A stretch of DNA of 64,000 bases from the NCBI GenBank assembly GCA_963744995.1, contig CAVUWA010000002.1:352001-416000 (forward strand). The letters are read 5' to 3'. This DNA comes from Candidatus Eiseniibacteriota bacterium (lineage in GTDB: Bacteria; Eisenbacteria; RBG-16-71-46). The notes beneath the pieces are model-generated. The model saw nothing but the letters and a program-made list of their open reading frames with translations. It did not search any database and was not told where the DNA came from. Below, piece after piece: positions 40,868-50,531 of the stretch (its first letter is position 1; each line of letters begins with the position of its first letter). Both the position numbers and the translations under genes were made by a program.

Positions 40868-42199
40868 TTGAATCCGAAGACATCCGACCCGACGGGTGCC
40901 GCGACATCGGCCGAAGTCCGGTCGAAGCACGAGAAGTACCTGTTCCCCGCGGTCACCCACTACTACGCCGAGTCCACCGTGCTCGCCGAGGGCAAGGGCC
41001 TGAGGCTCCGGGACCTCGACGGCCGCGAGTACCTCGATTTCTTCGGCGGCATCCTCACGGTCTCCGTGGGCCACTGCAACGACGAGGTCAACGCCGCCGT
41101 GAAGGCGCAGATCGACCGCCTCGGGCACGTCTCGACGCTGTACCCGACACTGCCGATCGTCGAGCTGGCCGAGAAGCTGGCGTCGATCTCGCCGGGCGAT
41201 CTGCAGAAGTGCTATTTCACCGCGAGCGGCACCGAGGCCGACGAGACGGCGGTGATGATGGCGCAGCTCGCCACCGGCAGGCAGGAGATCATCGCACTCC
41301 GGCACGGTTATTCGGGCCGCTCGATGCTGGCGCAATCCCTGACGGCGCAGGCCCCGTGGCGGGCCGTCACCACCCAGGTGGCGGCGGTGAAGCACGCGAT
41401 GGCGCCCTACTGCTACCGCTGTCCGCTCGGGCTCACGTATCCATCGTGCGAGGTGCGCTGCGCGCGCGACATCGAGGAGCTGATTCAGACCACGACCACC
41501 GGGCAGCCGGCCGCTTTCCTCGCCGAGCCGATCCAGGGCGTGGGCGGTTTCGTGACGCCGCCGAAGGAGTACTTCCAGATCGCCGTGGAGATCGTGCGGC
41601 GCCACGGCGGCGTGTTCATCTGCGATGAGGTGCAGACCGGCTTTGGCCGCACGGGCGACAAATGGTGGGGCTGCGAGCACTACGGCGTCGAGCCCGACAT
41701 CATGACGATGGCCAAGGGCATCGCCAACGGCATGCCGCTGTCCGCGACCATCTGCACGCCGGCGATCGCCGACTCGCTCACCAAGATGACGATCTCGACG
41801 TTCGGCGGGAATCCGGTGAGCTGCGCCGCCGCCAACGCGACGATCGGCTACATGGAGCGTCACGATCTGCGGACGAACGCGGCCGGGCAGGGCCGGCGCC
41901 TGCACGACGGCCTGCGCAGGATCCAGGCGAAGTACCCGCGGACGATCGGCGACGTGCGCGGCATGGGACTGATGGCCGGCGTCGAGCTGGTCGAAGACGA
42001 GACCCGGGGCGATCGCACGCCGAACGGGAAGAAGACCGCGCAGCTCTTCGAGGAGACGAAGAAGCGCGGGCTGCTGATCGGCAAGGGCGGTCTCTACGGC
42101 AACGTGCTGCGCATCTCGCCGCCGCTCACGGTGACGGCGGCCGAAGTGGACGAGGCGCTCGGCAAGCTCGACGAGTCGTTCGGGGCGATCGGCGCGTGA
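40868..42199 (+). CDS. Class III PLP aminotransferase, probable beta-alanine transaminase (AGXT2-like)
   Basis: YLDFFGG, SGTEA, EPIQGVGG, DEVQTGFGRTG, MAKGIANG, TFGGNP; probable TTG start after GAGGAG. Confidence 0.9.
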   Translation: MNPKTSDPTGAATSAEVRSKHEKYLFPAVTHYYAESTVLAEGKGLRLRDLDGREYLDFFGGILTVSVGHCNDEVNAAVKAQIDRLGHVSTLYPTLPIVELAEKLASISPGDLQKCYFTASGTEADETAVMMAQLATGRQEIIALRHGYSGRSMLAQSLTAQAPWRAVTTQVAAVKHAMAPYCYRCPLGLTYPSCEVRCARDIEELIQTTTTGQPAAFLAEPIQGVGGFVTPPKEYFQIAVEIVRRHGGVFICDEVQTGFGRTGDKWWGCEHYGVEPDIMTMAKGIANGMPLSATICTPAIADSLTKMTISTFGGNPVSCAAANATIGYMERHDLRTNAAGQGRRLHDGLRRIQAKYPRTIGDVRGMGLMAGVELVEDETRGDRTPNGKKTAQLFEETKKRGLLIGKGGLYGNVLRISPPLTVTAAEVDEALGKLDESFGAIGA

Positions 42200-42861
42200 G
42201 CTCGGAACGGGGAGGGCCTGCGGGGGTGAGGATCCTGGTCGGCAGCGGCCTCATCGTGATCATCGCGCTCGGTGCGATGCTGTTCATCGAACCGTGGGTG
42301 ATCGGCAAGGCGAAGGGGCTCGAGCGCGAGGGCAGGCTGGATCAGGAGATCGCATTTCTCGCCGAGGCCGAGACCATGGTGCCGTGGGGCCACGACATCG
42401 GCGAGCGCCTCGACGACGCGATGTTGCGCCGTGCCGAGCAGGGTCTCCAGGCCGATCGCCTGGACGAGGCCACGCGCGCGTTCCGCGAGGCGTGGCCGCG
42501 CATGAAGGCGCGCGGCAAGGCGGAGGACGACCGCGTGCTGACGCTCGCCGTCACGACCTTCGCCCGCGACTCCGAGCGGCTGCGGCGCCAGGGGCGGCTG
42601 AGCCTCGCCGCCGACTTCAACGACAGTCTGTTCGTCTATGCCGTACGGGCGCCGGATCCGGTGCACCGCCAGGCCGCGTTGCAGGCGTTCACGGAGGGGC
42701 TCAACCTGCGCGTGCTGGACGGCCATCCATGCGCGGCGCTCGCGCGGGTGAAGTGGGCGAAGCAGGGCCTCGGCGGGGTGGTACCGGGCCTCGATCCGAG
42801 CGTCGAGCAGGAACTCTCGCGCCAGTGTGCGCGCTCACGTCAGAGGAGGAGTAGCGGATGA
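42196..42861 (+). CDS. Membrane-anchored helical (TPR-like) hypothetical protein
   Basis: N-terminal TM segment; fills the gap exactly with GTGA and ATGA overlaps (alternative start 42226). Confidence 0.7.
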   Translation: MSSERGGPAGVRILVGSGLIVIIALGAMLFIEPWVIGKAKGLEREGRLDQEIAFLAEAETMVPWGHDIGERLDDAMLRRAEQGLQADRLDEATRAFREAWPRMKARGKAEDDRVLTLAVTTFARDSERLRRQGRLSLAADFNDSLFVYAVRAPDPVHRQAALQAFTEGLNLRVLDGHPCAALARVKWAKQGLGGVVPGLDPSVEQELSRQCARSRQRRSSG

Positions 42862-44198
42862 GCCGAAGCAGCGGTGCCGCGCCGATCGCGGCCGAACGTC
42901 TCGAACGACGGATCGCCGACGCGAAGCCGACGTATCTCGACGGCGAGGCGGTCGCGGAAGCGAACCGCTGCCTGTACTGCCACGACGCGCCGTGCGTCAC
43001 GGCGTGCCCGACCGGCATCGACATTCCGGGCTTCATCCGCAAGATCGCGACCGGGAACGTACGCGGCGCGGCGAAGCGCATCCTGTCGGCGAACCTGCTC
43101 GGCTATTCGTGCGCACGCGTGTGTCCGGTCGAGGTCCTGTGCGTGGGCGCCTGCGTCTACAACGACTGGCACCGCACGCCACCGATCCAGATCGGCAAGC
43201 TGCAGCGCTACGCGACCGAAGGGCTGCTCGACGCGGGCCGGGTCGCCGGCGTGTTCGAGCGAGCGCGCCCGGTCGGGAAGAAGGTCGTCTGCATCGGTGG
43301 CGGACCGGCATCGCTCGCCACCGCGGGCTACCTGGCGCTCGAGGGCGTGGACGTGACGGTGCTCGAGGCGCGCCCGCTCGCCGGCGGACTCAACGTCACC
43401 GGCGTGGCGCCCTACAAGATGCACGCGGAAGGAGCGCTCGCGGAGGTCGATTTCGTCCGCTCGCTCGGCGTGACGATCCGCGAAGGCGTCGAGGTCGGCC
43501 GCGACGTCACGGTCGAGAGCCTGCTGGACGACTTCGACGCCGTTTTCGTGGGAGTCGGACTCGGCGCCGACGCGCGGCTCGGAATCCCGGGTGAAGAGGG
43601 CGACGGCGTGAGCGGCGCGACGGGCTGGATCGAGCGCATGAAGCTGGACCCGCGCTTCGGCCCGGTGGACGCCCGCGAGGCCGTGGTGATCGGCGGGGGC
43701 AACACCGCCATCGATGCCGCCCGCGAGCTCGCGCGGCTCGGCGTTCCGAGTGTGACCCTGGCCTACCGCCGGACGCAGGCCGAGATGAGCGGTTACGCGC
43801 ACGAGCTCGAGGCGGCCCGTACCGACGGCGTCCACTTCGTGAGCCGGGCGGTGCCGAAGGCGTTCGAGCGCGACGCCGAAGGGCGGCTCCGGGCGCTCGA
43901 GCTCGAGGACGGGCGCCGGCTGCCGGCCGACCTGTGCATCGTCGCCATCGGCCAGGCGAAGCTGGTGACGACCCTGAAGAAGCTGCCGGGCATCGAACTC
44001 GATGCGCGCGGTCTGATCGTGGTCGAGGAAGCCACCGGCGCGACCGGGCACCCGAAGGTGTTCGCCGGCGGCGACGCCCTGGGGGGCGAGCTGGTGGTCA
44101 CCGCGGTGCAGGACGGCAAGCGCGCGGCGCGCGGGATTTGCGCGCAGATCGGCGTCAGGATCCGCCCCGATTCGCCGATGTCGGCGGGTCACGCCTGA
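42858..44198 (+). CDS. preT: Dihydropyrimidine dehydrogenase GltD-like subunit
   Basis: RCLYCHDAPCVTACPT, CARVCP..LC, GGGPA, GGGNTAID, FAGGD. Confidence 0.9.
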   Translation: MSRSSGAAPIAAERLERRIADAKPTYLDGEAVAEANRCLYCHDAPCVTACPTGIDIPGFIRKIATGNVRGAAKRILSANLLGYSCARVCPVEVLCVGACVYNDWHRTPPIQIGKLQRYATEGLLDAGRVAGVFERARPVGKKVVCIGGGPASLATAGYLALEGVDVTVLEARPLAGGLNVTGVAPYKMHAEGALAEVDFVRSLGVTIREGVEVGRDVTVESLLDDFDAVFVGVGLGADARLGIPGEEGDGVSGATGWIERMKLDPRFGPVDAREAVVIGGGNTAIDAARELARLGVPSVTLAYRRTQAEMSGYAHELEAARTDGVHFVSRAVPKAFERDAEGRLRALELEDGRRLPADLCIVAIGQAKLVTTLKKLPGIELDARGLIVVEEATGATGHPKVFAGGDALGGELVVTAVQDGKRAARGICAQIGVRIRPDSPMSAGHA

Positions 44199-44520
44199 GC
44201 CCCGCGGACCCGCAAGTGACCTGATCGCAGGCGGGGTCTCTTCAGGTTCGCCGATTTCTACGAAACCGCCTCGCGACCGGGGCCCTCGCCGGCACCGTTA
44301 CTCACGCTGCATCGTCAAGGGCCGCCTGCGGTTACGCTGCCGACCCCGCTGCTTTTTCGTTGCTTTCGGCGTGGCCCGGATGCATGCTCTTCGCCATTGG
44401 GAGTGCGACGCGGGTTCAACCGTGCACATCGAAGCGGCCCCTATCGAATCGGAACCCAGACACGCGCCGCGCGCATTCCTTGTCGGACGCCTGTTCACGC
44501 CAGGCGCCCGAGCGTGATGA

Positions 44521-44556
44521 GCGGGCGGGGAGCAATCCCCGCCCGCTTCTGCTTTG
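44521..44556 (+). terminator. Strong hairpin, probable intrinsic terminator between convergent preT and pntB
   Basis: GCGGGCGGGGA-GCAA-TCCCCGCCCGC followed by TTCTGCTTT. Confidence 0.7.
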
Positions 44557-44653
44557 CCGGGGGCTCGCGTGTTCGATGGGTCGCGCGTGCCGGATGAACA
44601 CGGCGTGCGCAGGGGGTGCCGACGGGAGACCGGCGCGCAAGGCCGGGCGAGTT

Positions 44654-46063
44654 CTAGCCTTCGGCCTTCAGCGCCTCGATCACCTGATTGACCGCGCCCT
44701 TCGCGTCGCCGAACAGCATCAGCGTGCGGTCCATGTAGTAGAGCGGGTTGTCCACGCCCGCGAAGCCCGGCTTCATGCTGCGCTTGATGATGATCACGTG
44801 GTGCGCCTTGTCGGCGTCCAGGATCGGCATGCCGTAGATCGGGCTGGACTTGTCGGTGCGCGCGGACGGATTCACGACGTCGTTGGCGCCGATGATCAGC
44901 GCGACGTCGGTCTGCTCGAACTGCGAGTTGATCTGCTCGAGGTCGAAGAGCTGCGTATAGGGCACGTTGGCCTCGGCGAGCAGCACGTTCATGTGGCCGG
45001 GCATGCGGCCGGCGACCGGGTGGATCGCGTAGCGCACCTCGACGCCCTTCTTGGTGAGCATGTCGGCCATCTCGCGCACGGCGTGCTGCGCCTGAGCGAC
45101 CGCCATGCCGTATCCGGGCACGATGATCAGCGAGCGGATGTTGGCGAGCAGCACGGCGGTATCCTCGGCGGTGATTTCGTTCACGCGCTGCGGCGCGCCG
45201 CCCGGCCCCGCCGCTTCGCCTGCGGCGGCGCCGCCGCCGACGCCGGCAAACAGCACGTTGGCGAGCGAGCGGTTCATGGCCTTGCACATGAGCAGGGTGA
45301 GCAGGCCACCCGAGGCGCCGACCAGCGTTCCGGCGATGATCAGCGCGTTGTTGTGCAGCACGAAGCCGGTGGACGCGGCGGCGAGACCGGTGAACGAGTT
45401 GAGCAGCGAGATCACCACCGGCATGTCCGCGCCGCCGATGGGAATGACCATGGTCATGCCGAACACGAGGGCCAGGATGGTGAGCACGAGGAACATCACC
45501 GGTGCGCCGCCGGTCACGAGCATGCCGATCAGCACCAGGATCGCCACGAACAGCGCGATGTTCACGACACGGAGAACGCCGGCGGTCACGGCCTTCTCGG
45601 AGATGATGCCCTGCAGCTTGCCGAACGCGATGACGCTGCCGCTGAACGAGATCGAGCCGATGATCGCACCGAACAGCTGTTCGGGCCGGGCCGCGTGCTC
45701 GGGCATGAAGGCCTTGTGGGAGAGGTTCCAGTACTCGGCGAACGCGACCAGCGCCGCCGCGCCGCCGCCGAGCCCGTTCAGCATCGCCACCATCTGCGGC
45801 ATGTCGGTCATCGGCACGCGCCGCGCGCCGATCACGCCGCCGATCGCCCCGATCGCGAGCGCCGCGGTGAGCAGGCCCGCGTTCTGGAGGCCGGGGGTGA
45901 ACAGCGTGGCGATCACGGCGACCGCCATGCCGGCCGCGGCGATCATGTTGCCCGAGCGCGCGGTGGCGGGGGAGCTCAGCCGCTTGAGGCCGAGGATGAA
46001 GCAGATCGCGGCAATGAGGTAGGCGAAGTGGACCAGGTTCGGAAGAGCGGCCTCGGGATTCAT
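44654..46063 (-). CDS. pntB: NAD(P) transhydrogenase beta subunit
   Basis: IGGADMPVVISLLNS, VPGYGMAVAQAQH, HPVAGRMPGHMNVLLAEA. Confidence 0.97.
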   Translation of the reverse strand: MNPEAALPNLVHFAYLIAAICFILGLKRLSSPATARSGNMIAAAGMAVAVIATLFTPGLQNAGLLTAALAIGAIGGVIGARRVPMTDMPQMVAMLNGLGGGAAALVAFAEYWNLSHKAFMPEHAARPEQLFGAIIGSISFSGSVIAFGKLQGIISEKAVTAGVLRVVNIALFVAILVLIGMLVTGGAPVMFLVLTILALVFGMTMVIPIGGADMPVVISLLNSFTGLAAASTGFVLHNNALIIAGTLVGASGGLLTLLMCKAMNRSLANVLFAGVGGGAAAGEAAGPGGAPQRVNEITAEDTAVLLANIRSLIIVPGYGMAVAQAQHAVREMADMLTKKGVEVRYAIHPVAGRMPGHMNVLLAEANVPYTQLFDLEQINSQFEQTDVALIIGANDVVNPSARTDKSSPIYGMPILDADKAHHVIIIKRSMKPGFAGVDNPLYYMDRTLMLFGDAKGAVNQVIEALKAEG

Positions 46064-46070
46064 GCGGGTC

Positions 46071-46352
46071 TCACGATTTGGCCTTCGGGCGGCCCTTGAA
46101 CATCTCGAGCATGCGGTCGGTCACCACGAAGCCGCCGGCGAGGTTGAGCGCACCGAACACGACCGCGATGAAGCCGAGGGTCAGCTCGAGCGGGGTATGG
46201 GCGTTGCCCAGCACGATGATGCCGCCGACCACGACGATGCCGTGAATCGCGTTGGCCCCCGACATGAGCGGGGTGTGCAGCACCACCGGCACCTTGGAAA
46301 TGACTTCGAAACCCGTGAACACCGCGAGCACGAAGACGTAGATCTCGTTCAT
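46071..46352 (-). CDS. pntA2: NAD(P) transhydrogenase alpha subunit part 2
   Basis: LHTPLMSGANAIHG, GGFVVTDRMLEMF. Confidence 0.95.
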   Translation of the reverse strand: MNEIYVFVLAVFTGFEVISKVPVVLHTPLMSGANAIHGIVVVGGIIVLGNAHTPLELTLGFIAVVFGALNLAGGFVVTDRMLEMFKGRPKAKS

Positions 46353-47482
46353 GAACCGCTCACCGCGGCGCTGGGCTTCTGGATGAAAGCGCCGTCCTGG
46401 CCGGAGATGCAGGTGTCGTGCACGATGTCGTCCGCGAAGTCGAGCGCCAGTTGCCCGTCCTTGACGATGTGCTGCAGCAGCGCCGACACGTTGCGCGAAT
46501 ACATCTGGCTGGCATGCGCCGGCAGCGACGACGCCAGGTTGAGCGGGCCGTGGATGATGACGTCATGATGCCGCGTCTCGCCGCCCGCCTGCGTCAGCTC
46601 GCAGTTGCCGCCGCTCTCGGCGGCGAGGTCCACGATCACCGAGCCCGGGCGCATCCTTTCGACCGTGTCCTTCGTGATCAGGATCGGTGCGCGGCGGCCG
46701 GGCACGTTGGCGGTGGTGATCACCACGTCCGACGCGGCGACGTGCTCGGCGATCAGCTCGCGCTCGCGCTTCTGCTCGTCTTCGGACATCTGCTTCGCAT
46801 AGCCGCCCTTGTCCTGCTGCGCCTCGTTGGTGAGGTCGAGGGAGACGAAGGTGGCGCCGAGGCTCTGCACTTCCTCGCGCACGGCGGGGCGGACGTCGAA
46901 CGCTTCGACCACGGCGCCCAGGCGGCGCGAGGTGGCGATCGCCTGCAGACCGGCGACCCCGGCGCCGAGCACGAAGACCCGCGCCGGGGTCAGGGTGCCC
47001 GCGGCGGTCATGAAGAGCGGGAAGAAGCGGCCCAGCGAGTTCGCGGCGATGAGCGCGGCCTTGTACCCGGCGACGGTGCTCATCGAGGAGAGCGCATCCA
47101 TCTTCTGCGCGCGTGAAGTGCGCGGAATCAGTTCCATCGCGAAGGCGGTGACGCGGCGTTCGACGAGGCGCTGGACCATGTCTTTCTCGCGCCCGCCGTT
47201 CAGGAACGCGATCAGCACGCTGCCGCCCGACAGGAGACCGATCTCATCGGCGCTCGGTGGCTGCACCTTGAGCACGACGTCCGCGGCGAACGCCTCGGCC
47301 GCGCCCGGGACGATCCGCGCACCGACTTTCAGGTAGGCGTCGTCGGCGTGCGAGGCCTTGAGGCCCGCACCGCTCTGAACGACGTATTCGAATCCCAGCT
47401 TCTTCAGGCGGCCGATCGTCTCGGGGACGATCGCGACGCGATTCTCGCCGGGGACGGTTTCAAGTGGAATACCGATGCGCAT
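46349..47482 (-). CDS. pntA1: NAD(P) transhydrogenase alpha subunit part 1
   Basis: ENRVA, RAQKMDALSS, GAGVAGLQA, DLAAESGGNC. Confidence 0.96.
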   Translation of the reverse strand: MRIGIPLETVPGENRVAIVPETIGRLKKLGFEYVVQSGAGLKASHADDAYLKVGARIVPGAAEAFAADVVLKVQPPSADEIGLLSGGSVLIAFLNGGREKDMVQRLVERRVTAFAMELIPRTSRAQKMDALSSMSTVAGYKAALIAANSLGRFFPLFMTAAGTLTPARVFVLGAGVAGLQAIATSRRLGAVVEAFDVRPAVREEVQSLGATFVSLDLTNEAQQDKGGYAKQMSEDEQKRERELIAEHVAASDVVITTANVPGRRAPILITKDTVERMRPGSVIVDLAAESGGNCELTQAGGETRHHDVIIHGPLNLASSLPAHASQMYSRNVSALLQHIVKDGQLALDFADDIVHDTCISGQDGAFIQKPSAAVSGS

Positions 47483-47619
47483 GAGCAGACGCATCCTAGT
47501 GCGCGACGGCGCACGGCGCAACCCCGAACCGACTCTCGCGCAGTGGATTGTGGCGTTTCCGGGTCGACTTAAGTCGCATTCGTATGCGCGCGACATGGTT
47601 CGCGCGGGGGCGGGGATCG

Positions 47620-47890
47620 CTATGGAGCCGCCAGGATCTCGATGTCGTCCCAGTAGGTCTGGTTGTTGCCGCCGCCCTCGTCATCGTTGACCTCGAGCCA
47701 CAGGGTGATCGTCTGCCCGGCCCACGCCGAGACGTCCACATCGGTCACGACCCAGTCGAAGCCATCGTCGCCGGTGTCCATCTCCTACCAGTCCTGGAGC
47801 GTTCGGCCGTCCAGCCCTGCATGAACCCGCCGCGGCGGCGGCGAGCGCGAGCAGGGCGGCTCCGCATGCCAGGAATCGAATCGATTTCAG
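47620..47890 (-). pseudogene. Remnant of a secreted protein (signal peptide plus C-terminal jelly-roll fragment)
   Basis: AAGGAGG RBS then LKSIRFLACGAALLALAAAAA; in another frame LQDW*EMDTGDDGFDWVVTDVDVSAWAGQTITLWLEVNDD...TYWDDIEILAAP*. Confidence 0.6.
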
Positions 47891-48165
47891 CGCACGTCCC
47901 TCCTTATCCAAAAGGACCATCCCGTCCATGGAGGACCAGTGACGCCTGCCCCCGGAAGCCCTCATGCCGCATGGATCCAGCGGGTTCGAGCGGCGACGGT
48001 GCGGGGCCCGTGCGACTGCGCCACCCGCGTCGAGCGCTCGCGCGCACCCGCGCAAACTGCTATTTTTTGCGCCCTATCAAGCGACTATCGACGGCCCCGG
48101 CGCGAGGCGTTTCCGCCGCCGCGAACCGACCCGGCCGCCGCCCTTATTAGAGGAGAGGACCCACC

Positions 48166-49413
48166 ATGGGCAGCAGCGGCGACAGCCACCGAATCCGCAT
48201 GAAGAACACGCTCGTCGAAATCGACGGCGACGAGATGACCCGTGTGATCTGGGCGATGGTGAAGGAGCGCCTGCTGGAGCCGTTCGTCGAGATGAAGCTC
48301 GAACGCTACGACCTCTACCTGCCCGAGCGCGACCGCACCGACGACCAGGTGACGGTGGATGCCGCCGAGGCGATCAAGCGTCACGGCGTCGGTGTCAAGT
48401 GCGCCACGATCACGCCCGACGCGGCGCGGGTGAAGGAATACAAGCTCAAGCAGGCGTGGAAGAGCCCCAACGGCACGCTGCGCGCGATTCTCGACGGCAC
48501 CGTGTTCCGCAAGCCGATCGTCGTGAAGAACGTGCCGCCGATGGTGCGCTCGTGGAAGAAACCGATCACGATCGCGCGCCACGCCTACGGCGACATCTAC
48601 AAGAACGCCGAGATGTCGATTCCCGGCCCGGGGCGCGTCGAGCTGTTCTTCACGCCCGAAGGCGGCGGCCCTGCGCAGTCGGTCGTCGTGCACGACTTCA
48701 AGGGCGCCGGCGTGGTGATGGGTATGCACAACACGGAGAAGTCGATCCGCTCGTTCGCCCGTGCCACCCTGCAGTTCGCGATCGACGAGCGCATGAACGT
48801 GTGGCTCGGCGTCAAGGACACGATCAGCAAGATCTATCACGGGCTGTTCAAGGAGGTCTTCCGTCAGGAGGTGGAGGCGCGGAAGAAGGAGATCGAGGAT
48901 GCCGGCATCGAGTACCGCGCGCTGCTGATCGACGACGCCGTCGCGCGCATCATCCGTCACGAGGGCGGGTTGCTGTGGGCGTGCATGAACTACGACGGCG
49001 ACGTGATGAGCGACATGGTCGCGACCGGCTTCGGCAGCCTCGGCCTGATGACGTCGGTGCTGGTGTCGCCCGACGGCACGTACGAATACGAGGCGGCGCA
49101 CGGCACCGTGCAGCTCCACTACTACCGGCACCTGAAGGGCGAGAAGACCTCGACCAACCCGACGGCCACGATTTTCGCCTGGACCGGCGGCCTCGCGAAG
49201 CGCGGCGAGCTCGACGGCACGCCGGAGCTGGTGGACTTCGCCCACAAGCTCGAGACCTCGGTGATCGAGACCATCGAGTCGGGGATCATGACCGGCGACC
49301 TCGCGCAGCTCAGCGAACCCAGAGCCGAGAAGTCGGTGACGCTCGAGGGCTTCGTCGACGCGATCGCGGAGCGGCTGCGCCGCAAGGTGGACTCGGGAGT
49401 CACTGCGGGCTGA
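48166..49413 (+). CDS. icd: NADP-dependent isocitrate dehydrogenase (eukaryote-like type)
   Basis: [45 protein letters not shown]. Confidence 0.96.
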   Translation: MGSSGDSHRIRMKNTLVEIDGDEMTRVIWAMVKERLLEPFVEMKLERYDLYLPERDRTDDQVTVDAAEAIKRHGVGVKCATITPDAARVKEYKLKQAWKSPNGTLRAILDGTVFRKPIVVKNVPPMVRSWKKPITIARHAYGDIYKNAEMSIPGPGRVELFFTPEGGGPAQSVVVHDFKGAGVVMGMHNTEKSIRSFARATLQFAIDERMNVWLGVKDTISKIYHGLFKEVFRQEVEARKKEIEDAGIEYRALLIDDAVARIIRHEGGLLWACMNYDGDVMSDMVATGFGSLGLMTSVLVSPDGTYEYEAAHGTVQLHYYRHLKGEKTSTNPTATIFAWTGGLAKRGELDGTPELVDFAHKLETSVIETIESGIMTGDLAQLSEPRAEKSVTLEGFVDAIAERLRRKVDSGVTAG

Positions 49414-49421
49414 GACAGCGG

Positions 49422-49451
49422 GCGGCGCGGCATCCGCCGCGCCGCTTTCTT
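49422..49451 (+). terminator. Intrinsic terminator after icd
   Basis: GCGGCGCGGC-ATCC-GCCGCGCCGC then TTTCTT. Confidence 0.75.
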
Positions 49452-49465
49452 CCCACGGGGGGCGG

Positions 49466-50531
49466 ATGAGCGACGCGATCTACCAGCGCGATCCCGCCCC
49501 GCGTCCCGACGCAGACTTCGAGCCCGGTGCGCTCGTGCATCTCGTGCCCGGCAACGCCGGCCGCATGCTCGATCCGCGCCGCACGCCGGTCCGTGTCGCC
49601 GCACTGCAGCCGGAGACCGGCTGCTGGACCTGCGAGGTGACCGCGTTCGAGGATCGTGGCGCGTGCTGGACGCTGCCGTTCGAGTCGATCCGTCACTTCC
49701 AGTTCGAGCGTGACGCCGTGCGGGCAGGCGCGGCGGCGGTCGCCGCATTCGAAGAGCAGATCCGGCGCTTCGCGGTGTCGCTCGTGCTCGAACCCGACCC
49801 CGAGCGCGCGCAGGCCACGCGCGCCGTGCTCGATCGCCGCCGTACCGACGCCGCGGCATGGCTCGCCGAACGCGCGCCCACGCTGCGCCGCGTCGCGACG
49901 CTCGATCACGCCGTGCGGCGCGCGCCGATCGCGACCATCGCCGCGTTCGAGACGTTCATGCACGAGCACGGTCTGCTCGAGATGGACCGCGCGCTCGCGG
50001 GCGCGTACGTCACGAACCCGGCATCGGGCGAGATGGTGAAAGGGCATCTGATCACGATGGCCGAGATGGGCATCGCGCCGTTCCGTGGCACCATCGTGCG
50101 CGACCCGGCGACGTTCGAAGGCGAGTGGCGCAAGTCGCGCCGCGCGGACCACGTGCTCTGGCGCACGGCGTTCCTGCACGCGATGCTCGCGGCGCTGCAG
50201 CTCGAAACGCTGGAGCTTTACCGCGGCGTGCCGAGCGAGGCCGGCATCGATCCCGCGCGAAGCAACGTGCTCGAATCGTGGTCGTTCTCGCGCGAGGTCG
50301 CAGAAGGCGTGGCCGGACCCGCCGGGGCGAGCGCTCACCGCGAGGTCCACACGCGGCGCGTATCCGCACCGGCGTGCCTTCATGACCTACCTCGAGACCC
50401 GCGCGATGAACCTGCAGTTCCTGGAGGCCGAGGCGGTGCTGTTCGCGAGGGGAGCGTGGCAGAGAATTGAGCGGCACCCCGCGCCGTTCGCCCGGGGGGG
50501 GGCGCGTCGCGCGCCGCCTACTCCACCCTGA
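49466..50531 (+). pseudogene. Hypothetical protein with ADP-ribosyltransferase-like motifs and an apparent frameshift near 50370
   Basis: LYRG and ESWSFSREVA in frame 49466; plausible continuation AFMTYLETRAMNLQFLEAEAVLF lies in frame 50085-50531. Confidence 0.55.

Noticed and set aside
42858..44198. Glutamate synthase small subunit (gltD)
   Set aside because: No gltB in the window; hydA and preA context favours preT
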